A DNA stretch of 64,000 nucleotides, from the IMG/VR virus record IMGVR_UViG_3300025697_000013, positions 22,904-86,903 of that record; one strand, written 5' to 3'. The DNA comes from a virus. The translations under genes were made by a program, and so were the position numbers. Under the pieces are notes generated by a model. The model ran no database searches. It saw only the letters and a list, made by a program, of their open reading frames with translations, and had not been told where the DNA came from. Positions 17,777-27,105 of this stretch are shown here, one piece after another; position 1 is the first letter of the stretch, and the number at the start of each line of letters is the position of its first letter.

Positions 17777-18622
17777 TCAGTCCTCCTTGATGGTGATAAT
17801 TTTGGGGGCACCGTCCACGCAGCTCTCGACCCCGCGACAGATCCCCTGGTACTCACACTTCCCGAACGCTGTCTGGCACCGGAAGCTCCGGACTTGTCGC
17901 ATGATGGCGCCCTGGAACCAACCAGCCGATCCTCTCGCACTCACCTGCTCTTCTAGCGACACCGTCCGATCGACCTCCGCTGCACCGTCCTCGAGCGTAC
18001 GCAGGATCCCGATCCCGTGAATGCTCTGGCAGTCGAAGAAGCCCGCCTCGAGGACGGCACCGAAGCCCTCGACTATCATCGCCTCGTTACCGCGCCGACC
18101 GATGGGCTCGAAGAGGTAGAGGTCCCTCGTGTCCTCTGCCACCGCGTGTACGATCCCTTCGTACCAGCACCCAGTCCCCATGGTCGTGGCCTGGAACTCG
18201 AAAGGCCCACCGAACTTCACTTTCCCAGGGTGGCGCTTGGCGATCCCCATCACCTGCAAGACAAGGTTCTCGAGCATTTGACGAAGGACCCCGTGGACAG
18301 TCCCGACGTCCCGCTCGACACCGCGGCCAGAGAGGTTCCGGATCGATCCCCCGGGCCGCGGGCGCATCCCGTCTCCGTCGAAGAACGTCCGCAGTTCCAC
18401 ATTCAGGCGGTGGTCCATCTCGTCACCGAATGCCACCCAGACCGGAGGACCCTCATTCAGGATCTCCTGGGCCGCGTCCAGGAGCACGTCACGCACCTCC
18501 CGGAAGACATGGTTCATCCACTCCGCTGCCGTCTCCTCGGTGCGGACCTTTCCTTCTGCCAGGAACGCGGCAGCCCGGGGGCACTCAGCCGCGCGGGCCA
18601 GGATCTCCTTCGTCAGTCTCAT
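17777..18622 (-). CDS. Cas4/AddB-like PD-(D/E)xK-fold protein, probably inactive
   Basis: N-terminal ECPR and C-terminal C-x6-C-x5-C; ATGA overlap with the MTase gene. Confidence 0.55.
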   Translation of the reverse strand: MRLTKEILARAAECPRAAAFLAEGKVRTEETAAEWMNHVFREVRDVLLDAAQEILNEGPPVWVAFGDEMDHRLNVELRTFFDGDGMRPRPGGSIRNLSGRGVERDVGTVHGVLRQMLENLVLQVMGIAKRHPGKVKFGGPFEFQATTMGTGCWYEGIVHAVAEDTRDLYLFEPIGRRGNEAMIVEGFGAVLEAGFFDCQSIHGIGILRTLEDGAAEVDRTVSLEEQVSARGSAGWFQGAIMRQVRSFRCQTAFGKCEYQGICRGVESCVDGAPKIITIKED

Positions 18623-19452
18623 TTGTCCTCCTCTACGATCATCGCCGGGGAGAAAAGCGGCGCCTCGCCGTTGATCCGATCCCGGCCCATCTCTGCGTAC
18701 TTTGGATTCAGTTCGATCCCGATACAATCGCGACCCAGCTTGTCTGCAACAAGGCCCGTGGTCCCGGCTCCGAAGAATGGGTCAAGGACGGTGCCGCCAG
18801 GAGGACAACCCAACTCAATGCACCGTCGCGCCAGCTCGGCTGGCATCATCGCCGGATGCAGAGCAGTCCCATCGGGGCATATCTGCCAGCATGATTTGTA
18901 TCGCCACGATTCCTTGACCTCTTCGGGCCAATAGTATTTCTTCGATTTGACCAGGTGGGCGACGTACTCATGGGACTGGCTCACCCTGTCGGGCCTGGCT
19001 GGTTCAGCGCTCCGCTTCTTGTCCCATGCAATCACGATCCGCAGATACCATCCAGCCTGACGCAGAGCATCGAAGACCTTGGACGGGAGCAGCGTCACGT
19101 CCTTGTCCTTGTAGCCGTCAGGGGCTTTGCGCCACCCGAGATTGTCTACAATGCCGCCCCATGCCTTCCGGCCTTTGAGCTTGCCTCCACCACCGCAGCC
19201 GCCAGAAGACCACTTTTCGCCTATGTTGAGCCACAGGGATCCGTCGTCGGCAAGTACCCGATGCACATAATCGAACACCTCAACCATCTTGGCGATGTAG
19301 GCATCAGGGTCATTCTCTGCGCCACACTGGCCCTCTACCCCGTAGTCTCTGCATCTCCAATAAGGCGGGCTCGTCACGCAGCAATGGACGGACTTGGAAG
19401 GTAGCTCGCGCAGCCGTTCGATGCAATCCCCCACCAGAATCCGAACCGTCAC
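18619..19452 (-). CDS. N4-cytosine/N6-adenine DNA methyltransferase (beta class)
   Basis: VTSPPYW, HPAMMP, VLDPFFGAGTTG, GIELNP. Confidence 0.95.
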   Translation of the reverse strand: MTVRILVGDCIERLRELPSKSVHCCVTSPPYWRCRDYGVEGQCGAENDPDAYIAKMVEVFDYVHRVLADDGSLWLNIGEKWSSGGCGGGGKLKGRKAWGGIVDNLGWRKAPDGYKDKDVTLLPSKVFDALRQAGWYLRIVIAWDKKRSAEPARPDRVSQSHEYVAHLVKSKKYYWPEEVKESWRYKSCWQICPDGTALHPAMMPAELARRCIELGCPPGGTVLDPFFGAGTTGLVADKLGRDCIGIELNPKYAEMGRDRINGEAPLFSPAMIVEEDK

Positions 19453-19592
19453 GACCGGCCTCTATTGACAGCGATGTGCGAATTGAGATACAAGATGGTC
19501 ATCGAAGACGATCCCCTTCGTCTACGAGGCCCGGCGCCCTGGAAGGTCCCTCACCATCCGGGGCGTCATCGCGCTGGCCTCCAACCACGGGC

Positions 19593-19622
19593 ACTGTAGA
19601 TTCGCCACCGAGGAAGAGTCAA
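19593..19622 (-). promoter_or_regulatory. sigma70-like promoter TTGACT-N18-TACAGT of the replication operon
   Basis: Read directly in the intergenic gap. Confidence 0.72.
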
Positions 19623-19628
19623 GACAAT

Positions 19629-19657
19629 TCGTCGAGCGCTCGTCGATTGATCGTCGA
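19629..19657. repeat. three TCGTCGA boxes at 11-bp period
   Basis: Boxes start at 19629, 19640 and 19651. Confidence 0.85.
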
Positions 19658-19694
19658 ATTCAGGATTCAATCGAGGAAGAAAGAGAGGGGAAAG

Positions 19695-20396
19695 CTACTT
19701 GGTACCCGCCTGAACAGCGAAGATGACGCCAACGGTCAGGGCCGCACCGGCAGCGACACCCACCGCAGTCTCCAGCCACCCCCACCGGAACCCCACGATC
19801 GGGTTCGGCGGGGGCTCAATGTCCAGGCATTCGTCCAGGTTCTTCCGGCAGGACTTCAGGCGTTCCTGCCCTGCGTAGATTTTCTCCACGTCGTAACGGT
19901 GGAACCCGAAGACCTCCGCTGGATCTACCGTCTCCCCGCCCCGCAACAGGTACGGGGGGAAGTAATCAACAGGGGTCTCCACTTCGTCAGGGACCACCGG
20001 GGCCGTGGCTGCCTCCGTAACGGCTTCCGGGTCCACCGGGGACGGGAGGGCAGCCCAGGCTGGAACGGCGCTCAGTGCCACCAGCGCTGCAACCGTGGCA
20101 CCCAAAACGAATGCGATCGCACCGGCGGGTCCGTTCAGGTTGTCACTCACCGCGTCCAACAGATCCTCGGCTGGCATCTTCGCCGCGTCGGCTTCCGCCC
20201 TCGCGCCGGCCGCCTTGTCCTCCGCGGCAACCCGCCCCTTCCTGGCCAGGTACTCCTGGTAGGCTGCCCGGCGTGCCCGCACAGCCATCACGATCACCAG
20301 GACCACAAGCCCCAGCACGAACAGGGACAGGATCACGATCGCAACCGTGGTCCCCACTTGCCCGGCAGACGCGGCCAGGTGAAACTGCTCACGCAT
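19695..20396 (-). CDS. membrane protein, possible spanin-like lysis protein
   Basis: Three hydrophobic segments and a short coiled coil; last gene of the late operon. Confidence 0.55.
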   Translation of the reverse strand: MREQFHLAASAGQVGTTVAIVILSLFVLGLVVLVIVMAVRARRAAYQEYLARKGRVAAEDKAAGARAEADAAKMPAEDLLDAVSDNLNGPAGAIAFVLGATVAALVALSAVPAWAALPSPVDPEAVTEAATAPVVPDEVETPVDYFPPYLLRGGETVDPAEVFGFHRYDVEKIYAGQERLKSCRKNLDECLDIEPPPNPIVGFRWGWLETAVGVAAGAALTVGVIFAVQAGTK

Positions 20397-21390
20397 CGCT
20401 GGCAGCCTTCTTCTTTGACGCGGCCACGATCGCCGCGTAGATCACCGCGATCCCACCACCACCAGCCAGGCCCTTCACCACGGACCCCAGGGGATCGCCT
20501 CCGGCCGCAATCGCCACCAGGATCCCCAGGACCACAGCCAGCCCGATCGGAATCACCCGGTACCACTTCTCCGGGATCCACTGGCCCAGACTGTCACGCA
20601 CAGGACGCAGACGGAACACAGCAAACAGAATCAGGAAGATCCCCAGCGTAATCGCCAGTGCGTCCTTGTCCTTGATGGCTTGGATCAGCACGCCAGTAGC
20701 GTCCATGACCTCCTTCATGTCAGCATCCGAATCGGGGTCTACCTCGGCAGCGGGGAGCTCCTCCTCCATTGTCGCTGTAGGCTGTTCGGATATCGGTGGG
20801 ATTGAGTCGTCGGGGATGTCCTCATTCAAGGCGGTCTCACCGATCGGCATGGCCTCGTCCGGCACATCGTCAGGCGGGTCATCTTCCAGAGTTACAACCC
20901 CAGCCGTCTCTTCCAGGCTTGCGTCAATCAGAGTACCAGCAGGAACTCCCGGCGGGCAGGCTTCCGGAACTTCGGCCCCTGCACTGATCGCCCAGCAATC
21001 GCCAGGCACCTCCAACTCCCGCTCCGCAGCCGCCGCATCGCCGGACAGCAGATTCGCCAGGCCACGGATCTCCGCCGCCTCTTCCGGGGACTCCGTCACC
21101 GCCGCAGTGGTCACGTCCTCGCCGCGCACAGGCGGCACCACGAACGCGTGCCACAGCACCAGGCCCACCAGGATCACCATCGTCATTCCTAATCGTCGCA
21201 TGATCTCCCTCCGTTGTTCTCTACCGCTACCAATGGGCACCGACGTCGGCACCCACGCCTCTATCTCCATTGACTCAGCTCGCCCCAGCATGTCAGCCAG
21301 ATCATCCCAGGTGGACCGCATCCTGGTATGCCTGAATTCCACCACGAACACCAGTGCCCCGAAGAGGACGAAATACAAGATCGTTCCCAT
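20389..21390 (-). CDS. membrane protein (holin-like C-terminal TMs, acidic linker)
   Basis: Signal-like segment, acidic linker, three C-terminal TMs; a strong internal RBS suggests an alternative start near 21200 (MRRLG). Confidence 0.6.
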   Translation of the reverse strand: MGTILYFVLFGALVFVVEFRHTRMRSTWDDLADMLGRAESMEIEAWVPTSVPIGSGREQRREIMRRLGMTMVILVGLVLWHAFVVPPVRGEDVTTAAVTESPEEAAEIRGLANLLSGDAAAAERELEVPGDCWAISAGAEVPEACPPGVPAGTLIDASLEETAGVVTLEDDPPDDVPDEAMPIGETALNEDIPDDSIPPISEQPTATMEEELPAAEVDPDSDADMKEVMDATGVLIQAIKDKDALAITLGIFLILFAVFRLRPVRDSLGQWIPEKWYRVIPIGLAVVLGILVAIAAGGDPLGSVVKGLAGGGGIAVIYAAIVAASKKKAASDA

Positions 21391-21617
21391 CAGGGCCCCT
21401 CCTTCTCACCAGCGGCAATCCGCCGGATCCGTTCCAGTGCCACCGGATCGTCCTTCGCGCACTTCAGCGTGGCCATGATCTCCACCACTGCCAAGGTGCG
21501 CTGGCTCACGTCGATCAATTTCTGGAGCAGGGGCTGCACTCGCCACAGCAGGTAGATCGCCACCGCTGCCGGGAACCCCACCGTCTGAAAGAATTGCCTG
21601 ATCTCCTGAAGGTCCAC
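21390..21617 (-). CDS. YvrJ-like small membrane protein / putative holin
   Basis: QTVGFPAAVAIYLLWRV followed by a helical tail. Confidence 0.7.
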   Translation of the reverse strand: MDLQEIRQFFQTVGFPAAVAIYLLWRVQPLLQKLIDVSQRTLAVVEIMATLKCAKDDPVALERIRRIAAGEKEGP

Positions 21618-21687
21618 GTCCGCTTCTCCCGCTGCTGCTGCGTTGCTGTCCCATCCGTGATCGCATGGGCGCACCTTCCTGGTCAGA

Positions 21688-24102
21688 CTATCGGTCCTGG
21701 AACACGGTAAAAGTGAAATCCTCGTTGATCAGCGCCACCGCGCAGCTTCCACCACCAGAATCAAGCACGCTCTGAATTTTGACCACGATCGGACTCGCAA
21801 GCGGGTTCACCACCGAAGCGGAGAACATTTCAGTCGCGGTACCGCGGGTGCTAGTAGTCACCTGGACGGATCGCCCCGTGGGTGTCCCGTCGATGTCCAG
21901 GAGAATCTCGTACACGCCCACCGCCGTCCTGGTCACACTTAGCACATTGAAGTGCCCGCCAACCAGCGCCCCGGTATCTGCGACCTGAGCCCAGGCAGTG
22001 GCTATCCGACGCTTCGTCACGTGGTTGCGCTGCAAGACAGACGCCGGAATCTCCAGATCCTTTGCCAATTTCACGTAGTCGCATGCAATCCCAGTAGGAG
22101 CTCCGGTCAGCAAGGCATTCCAATACTGGTCATCCCACGTCGCTGCGTCATGGGCGCCCCAAGTAAACACGTCGGTGTCGATAGGGGACTGCATCGCATA
22201 CGCGCCTTTCTCCGCGTAGAACGCGTACCCCGCATGCGTGCGACAGACCCCCCAGAACGGCACCGGATCGTTGGTCGTAGCCAGCGTATAATCGACCTTG
22301 ATCCCGGCCTTCGCTGAATCTCCAACAACGGCACTGCTCGTCAACTCGATCGAATCCTGCGCCGGATCCATCAGGCCGGACAGGAGCAACCCGGTCGCAG
22401 TCTGCGCCATCCGCAGCAGGGCAGTGAAGGTGTCCAGGGGATCGTCTGGATAAAGATTGAGGCCATACGTGGTACCGTCCACAGTAATGATCGACAGTCC
22501 ACCGACCGGGCCGGTGCCAGCCACCAACCCACCGAGGGCCCCTGCGCCGTCAATCGCCACGTCGAAGAAATAGCCACCGTCCTGCCGGGAATAGATCCCC
22601 AGGCCGTCCTTTGGCAGCAAATGCAGGGTCTGGTACCCGTTCGCTCCCGCGTCGTTGTTCTCCAACCACGCGCCGTAGGACGCAGTACCGTACTGGGCAC
22701 TCCTCGTGAAGGCGTGAAAACCGTGGCCCTTGGCCGGATTCTCAGCGAACCCGGACTCATCCGAAACGGACACCCCCCAACTGGAGCTGGCCGAATCCGC
22801 CCCCCGGTTTTGCACCTTGACACCGAATGGATCGCTGGCGTTCAGCCCGCCAAAGAACGCGTTGATCGCCAGCCCTTTTGCCGTCTCCGCATATAGGGCC
22901 ACGGAAAGATCCACGGGGGTACCCACGTAGCAAGACAGGCCAGACGGGGTACCACCGTCGTCGAATAGATTGTGGACCAATCCAGCATACGCGTCCGAAT
23001 TCGCCTGGACATCGAAGAAGATTCCGTTGTTCGCCGCGTTGTCCGCCTGCGTCAAAAGCAGCCCACCGTCCGCCAAAGGCGAGAATAGCAGGGTGGAGTA
23101 GTCCGTGGCCGCAGCGCCGTCGTCCCCTCGCAAGTACAACTGCCCAGCCGTATCCCACAACTGGATCTCCCCATTCACCGGGGCCTGGTTTGTGCTGGGG
23201 TCCACCATCAGGCCGGAGAACCGCACGTCGGTATCCCACATTGCGGCACCGGACACCAGCCCATCCACCGTATTGTCGATCTCGTCCAGGGCGCCCTTCA
23301 CATCCGTCGCCGCCAGCCCGGAGACCACGTTGTCGAAGTCGATGTCGTCCGAATCGTGGTGGGGGCCGGTCCCGTCCAGGTGCCCAGTCATCCAGCCATC
23401 GATCTCGTCCAAAGCATTGCCGACCGTTGGGCCAGATGCAGCGCTGAATCCCGTCGTTGGGAAATTGGTGTACACCCCGTTATTCGCCAGCGTCGTACTT
23501 TGGTCGTAGTTCTTCCGCACGATCTGCAAGCGATCCGTATCGATATCCGCGTTGGCAATCGTGAGATCGTTCCAGTTCAGCATGACGTCGCAGAGGATAA
23601 CGCGATCAGCAGGAATGGCAGGCGCAACCGCCGCACCGATAAGTGCTTCCGCCCCCTGGTACACCTCATAGACCACAGACGGGTCCTTCTGGAAATAGAC
23701 CGTGTCGCCGTTGCCGTCTACCCTGGGATCCGAAAGAACCCAGTCGAACGCAACGCAAATCGTCACCAGCTTCTCGTTCACGTCCAGGAGGACCGCTGTG
23801 GGTAGCCCCTGGTAATCCGCGCTGCAATCGACATTGATCGCAATCGTCGGATCGAACAGAAGATTCCCGAGGGAGTCCCACGCGCGCAGGGGGCCCGGGA
23901 TGTCCACGGTCATATTTTGCGGAGCATGCTCCTGCGGAACCTGCGGAGCACCCTGGGGAGGGTCACCCCACAATGCACCCATCCAGACACCCTCGATCTG
24001 CGTGGTCCGCATGGCCAAGAGCGCAGTGTTGACCGCGCCGAATCCTGCGTCCATCTCGCCCTCGGTGACCCGCTGCCGATAGAACCAATCATAAAGTCGC
24101 AT
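21688..24102 (-). CDS. tail fibre / receptor-binding protein
   Basis: Follows the baseplate genes; conserved-looking N-terminus and Gly/Asn-rich beta-type C-terminus. Confidence 0.75.
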   Translation of the reverse strand: MRLYDWFYRQRVTEGEMDAGFGAVNTALLAMRTTQIEGVWMGALWGDPPQGAPQVPQEHAPQNMTVDIPGPLRAWDSLGNLLFDPTIAINVDCSADYQGLPTAVLLDVNEKLVTICVAFDWVLSDPRVDGNGDTVYFQKDPSVVYEVYQGAEALIGAAVAPAIPADRVILCDVMLNWNDLTIANADIDTDRLQIVRKNYDQSTTLANNGVYTNFPTTGFSAASGPTVGNALDEIDGWMTGHLDGTGPHHDSDDIDFDNVVSGLAATDVKGALDEIDNTVDGLVSGAAMWDTDVRFSGLMVDPSTNQAPVNGEIQLWDTAGQLYLRGDDGAAATDYSTLLFSPLADGGLLLTQADNAANNGIFFDVQANSDAYAGLVHNLFDDGGTPSGLSCYVGTPVDLSVALYAETAKGLAINAFFGGLNASDPFGVKVQNRGADSASSSWGVSVSDESGFAENPAKGHGFHAFTRSAQYGTASYGAWLENNDAGANGYQTLHLLPKDGLGIYSRQDGGYFFDVAIDGAGALGGLVAGTGPVGGLSIITVDGTTYGLNLYPDDPLDTFTALLRMAQTATGLLLSGLMDPAQDSIELTSSAVVGDSAKAGIKVDYTLATTNDPVPFWGVCRTHAGYAFYAEKGAYAMQSPIDTDVFTWGAHDAATWDDQYWNALLTGAPTGIACDYVKLAKDLEIPASVLQRNHVTKRRIATAWAQVADTGALVGGHFNVLSVTRTAVGVYEILLDIDGTPTGRSVQVTTSTRGTATEMFSASVVNPLASPIVVKIQSVLDSGGGSCAVALINEDFTFTVFQDR

Positions 24103-24123
24103 GCTTCCCTCCCGCCTCAAATT

Positions 24124-25947
24124 CTAGTGGAGATCAGTTTCCACGTCTAGCTCTGACATTCCAATTTCCCAGTGGTCCACATCCTCGGGAACCGCTGGCT
24201 CAATGAAGTTCTCGAAATGTTCCTCGGCGCGCTTCATCCATTCCACCACCATGCGCACCTTCGATTTCGTCTCAGCGTCCAGGACGACAGGGACCTCGAG
24301 GTCGAAGGAGAACTTCCCATAGAGAGCGCTCGGCCCCAGGATCCACTCCTCCGTTCCCAACTCCGACCCGTCGCCGACACCTGCGTCCCCACCGAACTCC
24401 CCGAGGGTCAACGTCGTCAGCAGCGCCGGGACCACCGTCACGGGGGTCAGGTCGAAGAGGAACCGGACCGCTGCCTCGATCCCTTCCGCCGTCCCCTTGA
24501 GGGAGAAGAAGAACCAAAGGTTCACTGCCAGCACGCGCTTCTTGCCCACGTCCAGGTCGAGCCAATGGAACGGATTCCCCATATCGGCGAGGATCAGATC
24601 CAGCCACTCCTCGGGAGCCGTGTCCGGATTCTCGAGGACCTCCGGAAACGAATCGGCGAGCATCAGCCCAAGATCCAGGGTGTCCTGCTGCACCCCGAGG
24701 ATCCGTCGCAGGTCCCCGGATAGGTCCTGCCGGCGGTCATCCGCTGTGGCAGCCCGCATGAACAGGTTGTAGCGCGGACGCCTCCCGGCCGCGGTGAACT
24801 GCACCTGCCCATCCTGGAGGCCAATCAGAACCGGGTCCTCGCTCACCAACTCATCGGGCACTGCAGCGGGATCGCCCGGGATAACCACGTTGGGAATCGG
24901 ATACGCAAGGTCCACTACGTTCTCAAGGTGCAACACGTAGAGCCCGTCCGGCGAGAGGTAGTCGTCCAGGGCGAGCACGAAGACCGTACTGCTGATCTTG
25001 GTCACCCCGACGATGTCTAAAACCCGAGCTGGCACATATCGGTCCGACCGGAGTTGCGGCACCCCGGTAATGATCCAGTTCGTAGGGTTGAGAGCGTCGG
25101 TTGCGCCGATCGGGTCCTCGGAGAGCACCGCCTCAGACATCGTCACGCGTACCGATCGGAGATCATCGGCAGAAGCCGACAGCGGGATCGGCGCGGTCTC
25201 CTCAGCGATCTGGAACTTCCAGGAGGTGTTGGTAGCGCCACCAACGCCGGTCGGAAGGATCTCGACGACCACCTCCACGACCTCGGCGGGATCGAACTCC
25301 ACCAGCCGATGAAAGTTGAACCGAACACCTGGCCCGGGGAGGGTGTCGAGATAGCCTTCCCATCCCGCCTGCCATGCGGAGCCTGTGAAAGCAATGGAGC
25401 CGTTCGCCGTGATCACTGCACCCGGGAGAGAGATCCCGGTCAGGTGGAAGGCCTCGAAGGAGATCCATCCGTCCTTGTCCGCAAACGGTGAGTTCTCCTC
25501 CGGGACCTCGTTGAGGATCACCGGTGAAGCCGCACCTGGGTTCGAGTTGGTCAGCCGCCCAAGATACAGGGACGGCAGGTAGTGGTCCTCCGCAGCGTCG
25601 AGAACCACCCCGAGGAAGTTCTCCGTATCAGTTACCCCCCCGTTGACGGGGTCGCCGGCGTCGCTCCAGATCGATCCGCTCGCCTCAGCGGTGTACCCCA
25701 CCGTCGCAGCGAGAGAGCCAACGAACGAGATCCGGAAGTGCATCCCATCGCCGAAAGCTGGGTCTTCCCCTACGCCGATAATCGTCAGCCCAGACACCGG
25801 CAGCCCAGTCGCCTGTACAAGGAGACGCCACATCGACGGGATGAGGACCGAGTGGTCCCCCTGCATCTCCATCACCTGGTCGAAGACAACCGCTACTGTG
25901 TCGGTAGCTGCCTCGTGAGACGCTGAGGTGAGAAGAGGGTTCGCCAT
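24124..25947 (-). CDS. baseplate protein (P2 gpI-like domain with N-terminal Ig-like domains)
   Basis: PDTAPEEWLDLILADMG...KGTAEGIEAAVRFLF. Confidence 0.8.
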   Translation of the reverse strand: MANPLLTSASHEAATDTVAVVFDQVMEMQGDHSVLIPSMWRLLVQATGLPVSGLTIIGVGEDPAFGDGMHFRISFVGSLAATVGYTAEASGSIWSDAGDPVNGGVTDTENFLGVVLDAAEDHYLPSLYLGRLTNSNPGAASPVILNEVPEENSPFADKDGWISFEAFHLTGISLPGAVITANGSIAFTGSAWQAGWEGYLDTLPGPGVRFNFHRLVEFDPAEVVEVVVEILPTGVGGATNTSWKFQIAEETAPIPLSASADDLRSVRVTMSEAVLSEDPIGATDALNPTNWIITGVPQLRSDRYVPARVLDIVGVTKISSTVFVLALDDYLSPDGLYVLHLENVVDLAYPIPNVVIPGDPAAVPDELVSEDPVLIGLQDGQVQFTAAGRRPRYNLFMRAATADDRRQDLSGDLRRILGVQQDTLDLGLMLADSFPEVLENPDTAPEEWLDLILADMGNPFHWLDLDVGKKRVLAVNLWFFFSLKGTAEGIEAAVRFLFDLTPVTVVPALLTTLTLGEFGGDAGVGDGSELGTEEWILGPSALYGKFSFDLEVPVVLDAETKSKVRMVVEWMKRAEEHFENFIEPAVPEDVDHWEIGMSELDVETDLH

Positions 25948-25953
25948 TGGATC

Positions 25954-26394
25954 TTATCCTTCGAGTTGCAGGCGCATGGTGATATCGTGGTCGCCGGCCA
26001 GGTCCTCGACGTAGATCTGCCGGCGGGTGAAGAACGCCTCCGTCCCGGGCGCTGGCTGGTGCCGATACCGCTCCACCGAATCCAGAAGGACAACCAGGGT
26101 CCAGTAGAGCCCGTCCGCGTTCACAGGCGCCTGCTGAAAATGGTACCCGAAGGTGATGACCTCGGTATCGGACAGGTCCGCTGTCTGCTCAACCTGAACG
26201 ACCTCCCCAGCGAATGCGGCCACAACGTCCACCGCTACCCGACGGCTCCCAAGCACCATCACGAACTCGCTCCCCGCCTGGCTCACGAACGCACCGTCTG
26301 GCCCCGTACCAGAGCGCACAGGCCATCCTGCCGAAGCAGCGGCAATACGCCCCTGGAGGATGCCCTTGGCTGCGAGGGGGCCTGGCTGCGCCAC
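25954..26394 (-). CDS. virion structural protein (baseplate region)
   Basis: 146 aa, beta-rich, inside the tail operon. Confidence 0.65.
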   Translation of the reverse strand: MAQPGPLAAKGILQGRIAAASAGWPVRSGTGPDGAFVSQAGSEFVMVLGSRRVAVDVVAAFAGEVVQVEQTADLSDTEVITFGYHFQQAPVNADGLYWTLVVLLDSVERYRHQPAPGTEAFFTRRQIYVEDLAGDHDITMRLQLEG

Positions 26395-26403
26395 TGGGTC
26401 CTC

Positions 26404-27096
26404 CTAGAGCTGGCGGTAGAGTTGCACGTGGTCCACGGCGCCACGACGGGTCACGTCGGTCGCGGCGAATCCGTAGCCAGATCGACCAGAGGTGAACGGC
26501 GCGCTGCCGGTGGCAATGCCGAGATTGTCGTCGATGAAATCTGCCATGCCCGGGATGACCTCCCACACCGGAACACCGACGTCGTTGACCGTCAGATCGT
26601 TCTTCCACATCTTCAGGAGCACGTCGTCGTTTGGCTGCCGGATAATGTCGATACGCAGGTGAGCCCAGGTGGCTATCGCCACAGACTCGTCGCTGACCCG
26701 CATGACCTTCGGATCGGCGGGCTCCGGAACCCCTGTGATGATGGCCCCTTTGGCCAAGATGATCTTCGCCGGATTGCTGTCGCTGAGGCCAAAGAGATAC
26801 GCGTTGTCCGCTATGTCCGGGCCCTGCGCACAGGCAATCAAGAACGTCGAAAATCCGATCGTCCCGCCAGAGGTGTGCCGCAGGAGCGCCCCGTTGAGGC
26901 GACACCCGTTTATGTGCGGCGCGAAGTTCACCAGGTTGGTGAAGAGCGCGGACGCTCCCGAGACAATCTGGAGGCTGTTGAACCCGTAGACGTAGCTCCC
27001 GCCACCAGCCGGAGGAGTGAAGCCCGCTGTGGCCCCGCGATCCAAGACCGCCGGATCCAAACTGTTCGTGAAGACTGTCCAATCTGCTGCACCCAT
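26404..27096 (-). CDS. virion structural protein (baseplate region)
   Basis: 230 aa, RBS present, inside the tail operon. Confidence 0.7.
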   Translation of the reverse strand: MGAADWTVFTNSLDPAVLDRGATAGFTPPAGGGSYVYGFNSLQIVSGASALFTNLVNFAPHINGCRLNGALLRHTSGGTIGFSTFLIACAQGPDIADNAYLFGLSDSNPAKIILAKGAIITGVPEPADPKVMRVSDESVAIATWAHLRIDIIRQPNDDVLLKMWKNDLTVNDVGVPVWEVIPGMADFIDDNLGIATGSAPFTSGRSGYGFAATDVTRRGAVDHVQLYRQL

Positions 27097-27105
27097 GGCG
27101 TCCCC

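Noticed and set aside
6159-19452. Restriction-modification system
   Set aside because: No restriction endonuclease adjacent to any methyltransferase
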